DNA of 64,000 nucleotides from Hypanus sabinus (lineage: Eukaryota), in contig NC_082721.1 of NCBI RefSeq assembly GCF_030144855.1, forward strand, positions 32,550,001 to 32,614,000, in the 5' to 3' direction. This document shows, piece after piece, positions 53,250 through 64,000 of this stretch. Within the stretch, counting starts at the first letter, position 1, and every line of letters starts with the position of its first letter. Under the pieces are notes generated by a model. The model was given only the letters and a program-made list of their open reading frames with translations, searched no databases and had not been told where the DNA came from. A program made the position numbers and the translations under genes.

Positions 53250-54240
53250 AGTGGTGGAAGGTGTCATCAATGGTACTGTTAAGCAGCACCCTACTCACAA
53301 ATAACCTCACCTGAATGATGCTAAAATGGTTCCACCACAACTGCTGTGCTCCAGGCCTCATGGACTAAGAGCTGAATTCTAGAGGTGAGAGGTGATTGTC
53401 TATGCAGTATGTGTGACAGCAATGAGCCCTGGTAAAAGTGAAATCAATGGGGATCAGTAGGGAAACAATCTAATGGTTGAGATTGTTGGAGGTCAATCAT
53501 AACAGCCATAGCTATTATTGCAGAAGTTCCTTATGTGCTAAGCTCAACCCTCTTCAGCTGCTTGACCATTCGATCAGAAATGGCCTAGTTCTGATGAACA
53601 CACAGCGTTCAATCTCATTCACTACCAAAAAATACACGAATCAGCCCATGTCTACATACAGTCCAACCTAGACAATGGGCTGATAAGTGTTGCATTACAG
53701 AGTGCACTACAAGGGCAAGTCAAGGATTACTTCCAACAAAAAACAATTTAACAATCCAGCTTTAATATTCAAAGGCTTTACCATTGCCAAATCCCCACCA
53801 GCAACATTCCTGGAGTCATCATTGACCAGAAATTTGAAGGGACCAACTACATCAATACTGTGACTACACATACAAATCAGAGGTTAGGTATCATAATAAT
53901 CCTGAGGTATCCTGACACCCAAGCCTTTCTACCAGAGACAAGTCAGTAAATTGATGGAGTACTTGTTTCTTCCCTGGATATTGCAGCTCCGACAACTCAC
54001 AAGATGCTTGACACCATACAGAACAAAACAGGCCACTCAACTGGCACCCAGCCACCACGGGCTCTCCATGCCAGTGGTGTACACCAACCAGTAAATACAC
54101 TGTATAATAGACTGTTCTCAAGTTACCTAAATGCAAGAGCAATTGCATGCAACCATGGAAAGACTGCATCCGCAGAATTGTCTATACTTTTCATCTTCTT
54201 ACCCTGGAAAGGATACTCATCAAAAAGGGAATGCATTAAC
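53250..54240 (+). mobile_element. Old CR1/L2-group LINE fragment
   Basis: Degenerate RT-like and C-terminal sequence; no long intact ORF. Confidence 0.45.
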
Positions 54241-54865
54241 AATTAACTTGACTGGTTCCAGGGACACAGTTTACATACAAGAAGAGATTGAGTAGACTGG
54301 GACTTTATAGATTTAGATCTCATCTGGACATACAAAATTCTTGAAGAAATTGGCAAGTCTAAAACCAGAGGGCACAATTTAGGATAAAACTGAATAGAGA
54401 AAAAGATTTTAATTGGGGTACTGAATGTCTGGAGTTTTCTATCCCAGAGGTCTGTGGAGACTAAGGTGTTGAGTTCACTCAAAACATAAATTGTTAGATT
54501 TCTGGACATTGAGGGATACAGAAACACTACAGGAAAATGGGACCGAGGTACAATGATAGATGGCCTACTCCTGCTCCTATTTCTTGTGTTATAAATATAC
54601 ATAAGAAGATATAAATATAGAGGTGGAGATTTATAGAGAATAAGATAGTCAAGAGTTGAGATGAAGATTGAAATCTTGTTGGATGAAAGGTCACAAACCA
54701 ATGAAGATACATATACTTGAGACATATACTTCAGCATTTGGAGAATAAGGATTTTAAAGGGAAGCTGAAGACGTTATTCAAAGTAGGGGATGTCTAAGAG
54801 GAATGTGTAATGTGTCATTTAATTCATGTTGTCTGGACCAAATCTTCACTCCCACTACCATCCCT

Positions 54866-57524
54866 ATATAACCATATAACAATCACAGCACAGAAACAGG
54901 CCATCTCGGCCCTCCTAGTCCGTGCCGAACTCTTAATCTCACCTAGTCCCACCTACCCGCACTCAGCCCATAACCCTCCACTCCTTTCCTGTCCATATAC
55001 CTATCCAATTTTACCTTAAATGACACAACTGAACTGGCCTCTACTACTTCTACAGGAAGCTCATTCCACACAGCTATCACTCTCTGAGTAAAGAAATACC
55101 CCCTCATGTTTCCCTTAAACTTCTGCCCCCAACTCTCAAATCATGTTCTCTCGTTTGAATCTCCCCTACTCTCAATGGAAACAGCCTATTCACGTCAACT
55201 CTATCCCTCTCAAAATTTTAAATACCTCGATCAAATCCCCCCCTCAACCTTCTACGCTCCCATGAATAGAGACCTAACTTGTTCAACCTTTCTCTGTAAC
55301 TTAAGTGCTGAAACCCAGGTAACATCCTAGTAAATCGTCTCTGCACTCTCTCTAATTTATTGATATCTTTCCTATAATTCGGAGACCAGAACTGTACACA
55401 ATATTCCAAATTTGGCCTTACAATGCCTTGTACAATTTTAACATTACATCCCAACTTCTGTACTCAATGCTTTGATTTATAAAAGCCAGCGTTCCAAAAG
55501 CCTTCTTCACCACCCTATCTACATGAGACTCCACCTTCAGGGAACTATGCACTGTTATTCCTAGATCTCTCTGTTCCTCTGCATTCCTCAATGCCCTACC
55601 AGTTACCCTGTATGTTCTATTTGGATTATTCCTGCCAAAATGTAGAACCTCACACTTCTCAGCATTAAACTCCATCTGCCAACGTTCAGCCCATTCTTCT
55701 AACCGGCATAAATCTCCCTGCAAGCTTTGAAAACCCACCTCATTATCCACAACACCTCCTACCTTAGTATCATCGGCATACTTGCTAATCGAATTTACCA
55801 CCCCATCATCCAGATCATTTATGTATATTACAAACAACATTGGGCCCAAAACAGATCCCTGAGGCACCCCGCTAGTCACCGGCCTCCATCCTGATAAACA
55901 ATTATCCACCACTACTCTCTGGCATCTCCCATCTAGCCACTGTTGAATCCATTTTATTACTCCAGCATTAATACCTAACGACTGAACCTTCTTAACTAAC
56001 CTTCCATGTGGAACTTTGTCAAAGGCTTTGCTGAAGTCCATATAGACTACATCCACTGCCTTACCCTCGTCAACATTCCTCGTAACTTCTTCAAAAAATT
56101 CAATAAGGTTTGTCAAACATCACCTTCCACGCACAAATCCATGCTGGCTACTCCTAATCAGATACTGTCTATCCAGATAATTATTAATACTATCTCTAAG
56201 AATACTTTCCATTAATTTACCCACCACTGATGTCAAACTGACAGGTCTATAATTGCTAGGCTTACTTCTAGAACCCTTTTTAAACAATGGAACCACATGA
56301 GCAATACGCCAATCCTCCGGCACAATCCCCGTTTCTAATGACATCTTAAAGATCTCTGTCAGAGCTCCTGCTATTTCTACACAAACTTCCCTCAAGGTCC
56401 TGGGGAATATCCTGTCAGGACCCAGAGATTTATCCACTTTTAAATTTCTTAAAAGCGCCAGTACTTCCACCTCTTTAATTGTCATAGGTTCCATAACTTC
56501 CTTACTTGTTTCCCACACCTTACACAATTCAATATCCTTCTCCTTAGTGAATACCGAAGAGAAGAAATCATTCAAAATCTCTCCCATCTTCCTTGGCTCC
56601 ACACATAGCTGACCACTCTGATTCTCTAAGGGGCCAATTTTATCCTTCACTATCCTCTTGCTTTTAATATAACTGTAGAAACCTTTCGGATTTACTTTCA
56701 CCTTATTTGCCAAACCAACCTTGTATCTTCTTTTAGCTTTTCTAATCTCTTTCTTAAGATTCCTTTTACATTCTTTATATTCCTTGAGCAATTCCTTTAC
56801 TCCATGCTGCCTATATCTATTGTAGACATCCCTCTTTTTCCGAACCAAATTTCTAATATCCCTTGAAAACCATGGTGCTTTCAAATCTTTAACCTTTCCT
56901 TTCAACCTAACAGGAACATAAAGATTTTGTACCCTCATAATTTCACCCTTAAATGATCTCCATTTCTCTATTACATCCTTCCCATAAAACAACTTGACCC
57001 AATCCACTCTCTCTAAATCCCTTCGCATCTCCTCAAAGTTAGCCTTTCTCCAATCAAAAATCTCAACTCTAGGCCCTGTCCTGTCCTTCTCCATAATTAT
57101 ATTGAAGCTAATGCTATTGTGATCACTGGACCCGAAGTGCTCCCCAACACATACATCTGTCAGCTGACCTATCGCATTCCCTAACAGGAGATCCAACACT
57201 GCCCCATCTCTAGTCAGTACTTCTATGTATTGTTGCAAAAAAACTATCCTGCACACATTTCACAAACTCTAAACCATCCAGCCCTTTTACAGAATGAGCT
57301 TCCCAGTCTACGTGTGGAAAATTAAAATCTCCCACAATCACCACCTTGTGTTTACTACAAATATCTGCTATCTCCTTACACATTTGCTCTTCCAACTCAC
57401 GCTCCCCATTAGGTGGCCTATAATACACTCCTATCAGTGTTACTACACCTTTCCCATTCCTCAATTCCACCCAAATAGCCTCCCTACAGGAGCTCTCTAA
57501 TCTATCCTTCCAAAGCACCGCCAT
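54866..57524 (-). mobile_element. Relatively young CR1 LINE (family C), 5'-truncated in the endonuclease domain
   Basis: Long ORF2 pieces of 104, 378, 232 and 78 aa (GDFNFP, SKYADDT); 8-nt tail repeat (gttatatg)n. Confidence 0.95.
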
Positions 57525-58244
57525 AATCTGAGTATTTTGCTAGATATCCAGGATTATCTATCTTTTCTTTGATCTAAAGAAGTCAGAGGTATCTTCCATC
57601 TGTGAACAGATGCTTAGAAGTACCAGCACCACTCCTTTCTAGGATATAATGATCAACTTTTTTTAGGGCAGAGTTATTGCTTTGATGCTTCAAAAGCTGA
57701 TAATACAATACCACTTGTTCATTACACTTCACTCTAATACTCTGTAATGGAAAATGTTTTCAGTACTAATATCATTGAAAATACAGGAGAATGTAACAAG
57801 CAGCATTGCAAAAGTGAAATGGCAAGCTATGAATTCACAGACATGGATTTGTATGGGTCAATGGACAACATATGACCTGAAGGATAATCCATAGAATGTT
57901 AGCTCTCTGACAGCTTGACCAAATGGACTGTGTTTACAGAGGCACCTATAGACAAAAACAACATTTGGCATCACTGCTAAAGCCAACAATACTTTTACAG
58001 TTAATCACATGTGCTCTTTCCAGCAGAAGACAGATCAAATCAGAAGAAGCAGCCTCACGCAATTCCATCTGTCATCTTACAAGTATACCCAGCACACCAA
58101 CTATTAATCTAGCCGGCAACTCAATGCAGATCAAGTTCAAAACTTTAATTTCTCTTTTAGTCTACAGGACTTTAATACACATATGTATAACATAAAATAG
58201 TTATAGCAATGAAGTTCATCAAACAGAATGGAGTTTGAATAAGG

Positions 58245-58250
58245 TTTATT
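58245..58250 (-). terminator. Candidate poly(A) signal of an unidentified minus-strand gene
   Basis: AATAAA on minus with U/GU-rich downstream sequence and a TGTAAATA Pumilio-type element at 58370-58377. Confidence 0.45.
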
Positions 58251-61200
58251 CCAGGTACTAAATTGAATTGTGAGTACATGTATCTTATTTATAAAATGGA
58301 ATTAAGATAATCAGCCAAAGGCATTATAATAATTGTGATAATAAGAGTACAATAATTGGATATACAGTATATTTACAATTTAAAGCAACTGCAAACCAGA
58401 TAGTTAAGACATCATACATTCAAAGAATAATGACATTAACAACATATATAGTAATTAACTACCATTGGGACAAAAACCACAGGAACGTATTCGACACCTG
58501 GTGAAGTGCCTGAAGTCTCAATTCATTTCCATGCAAAAAAGTCCTTTCTGCAAAGAGCTTGGTATAGTCTTTTCAAAAACAGTCTTTACAAAAACATATT
58601 TCAAAAATAAAACATTTGGAAATAAGTGAATGAAACATCATTGATTGAATTAATGTTTTCATATAATAAGCTTTTTGACTCTTTCAAGAGATGGTACAAA
58701 GAGAAAGAAGCAATTACTGAACAGTTTCCATCCTCAACAAGAATTTACTCCACAAAGTTTCAAATTCAACCAACAGTAAATCAATACAAAACAGAGCTGT
58801 ATTCTGTTCAAGTAATTTTAGAGTGTCATTATCAAACACTTCAGGTTTAGAGAGGATTTTTAGGCAACCTCCTTTTGCCACAAGTCTTGTTCTTCATTCA
58901 ATGGAACTAACAAAAGCCCATCTAAGTAATGGATTAAAATATGCTTTTACCTTCCTAAAATGTGACAAGTACTATTTTGGTATAATCAGATAGAGAGATT
59001 TATAGAAGAGGGAATTTTTCCAAAGATTAATTCCCAAAACTTTGCATTGGAGATATAAATCAGTGCATCATGGTGATTGAATTAACATACAAACAACTCC
59101 TCAATGGGATTCTAGCTACTGATTTCTTTGTGCAAATTCAAAGGTGCTTTAAAGATAAAAGATCTTACTAAAGATTTTGCCTCATACTTTTATTTTCTCT
59201 TTCTGTGTAACTTTAATTTCCACGAGTAATGTTCTTCCTGTACCTTATTCAAATACCCATTATTGATTTGATTCAAGAGCTCCTGCAAAGGCTACTGGCA
59301 AAATATTTGACTATAACAGAACTGAGCCAGGCAACATACATGCATGCCATTAAGCAGGAACAGTGTTATGAAGCATGATAAATGCCCTCTTTCAATTTAG
59401 GCATTTGTGTCGAAAACTACTGTTGCTGAAGTCTGTAATAAAATTTAAAAATGCTGGAAACATTCATTAGATCAGGCAGCATCTGTGGAAAAGAGAAATA
59501 GTTAACGTTAGAGGTCAAAGACCCATTGACATGTTGTCTACCACATGTTTTCAGCATTTTTCTTTTTATTTCAGGTACTGGCAGCTTCTATTTTACCTTA
59601 ACTGATTAAGTAAGGAGTGGGATCAAACTTGGAATTCTTGTTCTGCATGGTTCAGCCAGATGCTGTGTCTTTTTTGAAATCAAACTTATTTTTGGAATAC
59701 TAAAAAATTAGAAACATGCACAAATAAATCTACTAAGTGCATATAATAACTAATTTTAAATGCTAAGTAGTTGATTTAGATTATGAGCTCCATTAATCCA
59801 TGTATGTAATCTTGCTCTAGATAAAATAGAAACTTTTAACTTTTACACTTAACTGGTTGCAAACACATTGCATCTCCTATTCTATTCTTTGGGAGATTTA
59901 ATTTTGAGAAATATTCTAACAGTCAAGTGTATAAAACTGTACCATTTTCATATGTGGATTTCCAGTGCATTATTATCTCATCCAAAACATTAACTCCTGA
60001 CTTACCTCCAATGAGTCTGAAAGATAGCACAGAATAGTGAGGCACATTTATTTAGATAATCAAAATAAAGAATTCTACCAATGTCAAGAGTGGAATCTGT
60101 TTCTTGAATCCATTTAATTCATGACAACCAATCAATGAAGAAAAACAGAGCATGAGACCAGGGCTCTGGGAACAAAATTAGAGTTTTGAAAATCCTGTCA
60201 TAAATATCTACGCATCAATTAAGACATTTTAAAACTTTGAAAAACAATAAATAAAAATGTATTAGCTGAAGATCCAAATGGAGGATCTTTAAAGTAAATT
60301 GGTACAGTATTTTATGTAAAATTAGAGTTCTGTTCCATTTTCAGACGGAAAAGAGTCTCAGTTTAACAACTAGAGTACAATCTTTTGTTATCTTTCCACA
60401 TCTATTAATCCAAATTTTGTGCAACTATGAAAAATACATCTCAGCTACATTTCTACAATTTTGAGAGTGATTTTTGCCACAATGCCAATTTAGTCAATGG
60501 TTATTCTTAAAATACTTGATAATTCAAAAATGGATCAGTTTCCTAACTCTGGCTGGGCCAAGGATTCAGGGGTTGTTGGTCAACATTTGATACATTAACA
60601 TGCAGCTATCCTTTAGAATACAAACAAAGAATTATTTTATTGTATAAGGGCTAGCCCATCTTTTTTCACCAAGATATCAATAAATGTGCACTGAGCAACA
60701 GAAGTCAGTTGACGATGATCAGGAACAGGAAACTTAATTGATATCCCTTCCCTTCTTGGCATTGGGATCACTGGATACTTGTTTAATACCATGACCACAT
60801 TACTAGCATCAGATCAGGAATTCATTCATCATCTCCCACCGTAATTTCCCTGAACCATGTAACATTCCTTGAATTTTTGCTAACTTTATATTCAACCAAG
60901 TACATTGAGTGTCCAACCAATTCACTACATCTCCACATTTCAATCAACACCTCAAAAATAAACCCAATGGAATGAGTACATCTATTAATGCATATATAAA
61001 CACTTTGAAAACCAGCTTTGGACGAAGATTAAATATTTTTTTAAAAGTGCAGATCAAATGTTAAGAATCTGCAGCAAAAAAAGCAGAATTCCAATCCTGA
61101 TTCACTTTTAACTTGGTGAACAATTAACTGAAAGATTCAAAGGGCAGCAACTTGGTTACATTTTGTAATTTCTATGCCTTTAAGCAAAAATTAAAAAAAA

Positions 61201-62069
61201 CTATGTCTGTAGCACATATGAATACAATTCTATGGACACTATTAAAAGCTACCAAGAAAAATCTATAGAATAAAACATGTTTAGTCAGCACACAAAAATT
61301 ACTGAAAGGGAATTAAAGTAAACAAATTAAAGCTCAAAGTAAAGCAATATCAGAAATTTCAAGGAAATTCAACTTAATTCTACAGTTTTATATCTAAACT
61401 CCTCAGAGAGATGCTTATAGAGTACCGACAATGAGATATACACATTACCCAAATCGGCAAAATTTCTTTGAGTCATTAGGCAGTAAAATAATAGCTTTTC
61501 AAGCATTAAGTGTTCAAAAACATCATTAACAGATTATATTGCTAAGATTCTGTATATTACCAGAAGAAAGGCTGTTGCACACCACTGTTCCTTTCATAGT
61601 TGATATTACCATAAACCAGGTAAGCTTCTACTGTTTTCAAACTTATTCAAGTAACAAACAATGGGGAAGTTCTTTCCAATGCTGATAATACTGTGATTTT
61701 ATTCATAAACTAGAATAAGCTCAAATAAAAAGGTTCAATTTAAGAAAGTAAAATATTACAAACTTTTCTTAATTAAATGCTTAACTCAGAGTTAGAGTTA
61801 TGAAGTGAGATGTGCCAATCTTACCCCATCTAACCCTTAACTTGTACATTCTAGTCTGATACTTCAGATGTTATACTGACTGAAGCTACTCAGTCTTGTT
61901 TAGATAACATAATAAACCACTGTTTCTCTGTTCCATCAAATATAAAATACACTAAACGAGCATGTGGCTTTCACAGTCTCTTCAACAATAACCAACATAG
62001 TTCGCAGCACTCCTTTATTTTGCATTGCTGTTTCTACACCTTTATACACTGTCTGTTAGGGATAGTGAC

Positions 62070-63090
62070 ATCTGGTCATACGGGGCTAGGAAGCTTCAAC
62101 AGGGCCTAGGGCAGGGACAGACGCAAACTGGTCCAGGAAGAGGTGTGAACAGCTATTGAGGAAGTCTGTACCACCCAAATGGGGCAGCAGAGAGCTTGGA
62201 CAAGGTGGGATGGTGCGCTGAAGCGGAACATCTTCTGTTCCAATCTTTGGCAGGCAGAACCCCATTGCATTAAGTTCATGATCCAGGCTGTATACAACGT
62301 CCCGCCTAGTGCACTGAACTATTTTGCTTGAGGCAAAAGCAGGGCACCATCATGTCCTCTCTGTCCTGGAAGAGAGGCCCTGGAACACATCCCCAGCAAC
62401 TGTCCAAAAGCCCTGGGAGAAGGTCGCTACTGCTGGTGCTATGACCAGGTGTTGAAGGCAGCGGCAGAAAATATCTCCTCAGCCATGCACCTCTGCCAAT
62501 TCAGAAAGCCCAAAGCCTTTGTCAAAGCTGGAGACCAACCATAGCCTCAGCCCAGATCACCTGCGAGCTTGCTCATCATGGTGTTTAACTGGCAACCAAT
62601 AATTAATCTTGGCAAGCAATTAAAGTTCCCTGACTTCATCACAGCATCTTCACTGAGGTCTGACATGGTCATTCTGAAAGAAACCTCAAAGCAGGTGCTT
62701 TGGGAAGACCAGATTGAAGAGACATTTGAGTGTAAGAAGGCCAAATACCAGGAGCTGGTAGAGCAATGTCAGATTCAGGGGTGGAGGGCATGTTACAAGC
62801 CTGTAGAGGTGGGGTGTAGAGATTTTGCTGGCTGCTCACTCTGCAAAGCATACTCTCTCCTTAACATTACTGTAGCTGCAAACAGAAGAGCCATCAGGAC
62901 TGTCAAGGATGCTGCTCTAAATGGCTATGGATCAAGAGGTGTGACCTGTGAACCAATGTTGCTGGGACACAAGCCAGGACCGGATCAACCTTGAACAGAT
63001 CGCCTGGCCAAGGGTGTATAATGTTGAAACACCCAATGACCCCAGGTTACATGAGTAACGGTGTGACCCAGCACATCTTAGGATCTATCT
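62070..63090 (+). mobile_element. HERO-type (R2 group, RLE-encoding) non-LTR retrotransposon 3' fragment
   Basis: CCHC CPLC..EH..NC; RLE region LRSDMVI..WEDQIEE..KKAKYQELVE..VEVGCRDFAG. Confidence 0.82.
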
Positions 63091-64000
63091 CAGCATCATA
63101 CAGATTGTTCAGCAAACACATGCTGATCACTTTGATTACAAGAATAATAATGAAAATTCTTCAATGAAACAGTAATCCAATAGTTGTGGTTGTGAAATGT
63201 TTTGGGATATTAAAAGAATGTGATAAGACTATTTTTGAAATATTAGTGATCAATTCAATTAAATTTACTTTATTAGTTAAAATTTTAAAAGTTATAAATA
63301 GATGAAAACCAGAATTTCCAATAAAAAAGCTCCTTTTTATGCTCTCATTACCACTCTAATTCAATGAAGATATATCCACTAGGTTCAATTCATCATTTGA
63401 AAAATTGGTTTAAAATAAAAGCACATTTGTATTCTGAATAAAATGAAACATTACTACATAAAAAATAAGGCCATAATGCTTAAAACCTAAAAGTGCATTT
63501 CCAATGGGACAACAGGTTATCTTCTTACCTAACACTTGTTTTTCTGCAAGTGTTTTAAACTGATAGCATCATAAATGCATTTATTTAATATTTTATGAAT
63601 GATCAACAACTTTGAAAGATAATTAAAAGGTGAGGTGTGAGGTCCATAACATGTGTTCAATTTTCTACTCTTTAACACTGTATCACCAATAACTTGTCGT
63701 AAATACAAATAATTTACAAAACACAGACACGAACGTGAAATGAGAGATGAAGAGTGCTGTAGAGTTTTATCAATACTGGTGTTCTCTGGTACACTACTAT
63801 TCATTTTAGTTCTGGAATCTAAAAGATAAATGAAAACTGTTGAACAAAATTTATCATATATTTTTCAGTCTCCTTAAGCTTGTGTTCAAAGTTTAGATAA
63901 TTTTTGGAACTTCACAAAAGTAAATTTAAAATGTGCATCAGGTATTCTATGACAAAACTATAGTAAGTGGTATATTCATTGAAAACTAAGTTTTAATACT

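Overview
Vertebrate nuclear genomic DNA, most likely a cartilaginous fish (inferred from V-domain/HE1-type SINEs, several CR1 families, Rex1/Babar, Tc1 and HERO relics; not provable from the window alone). Two intron-containing housekeeping genes lie head-to-head, with ATGs ~15.9 kb apart. HNRNPM is on the minus strand (coding exons 1-8, ATG at 15431, running off the left edge after position 52). It includes an 8-nt microexon and a textbook U12-type GT-AG intron. RAB11B is complete on the plus strand (5 coding exons, 31306..51829, 217 aa, poly(A) signal ~52316). The right end looks like the AT-rich, possibly spliced 3' end of an unidentified minus-strand gene. The rest is a layered transposon graveyard: two decayed Gypsy elements, three CR1 families, Rex1/Babar, Nimb, HERO, Tc1 and SINEs, often nested. 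Most interesting: (1) a TE-free block of HNRNPM introns 2-3 with several candidate poison exons around a frameshifting microexon; (2) a 3.3-kb insertion flanked by AACAT that fuses an unidentified gene-like signal-anchor/Glu-rich sequence to a CR1 LINE; (3) a cryptic acceptor that would splice RAB11B exon 2 in frame onto an intact CR1 ORF1 SGNH-esterase domain. All family assignments are from motif recognition without database searches.
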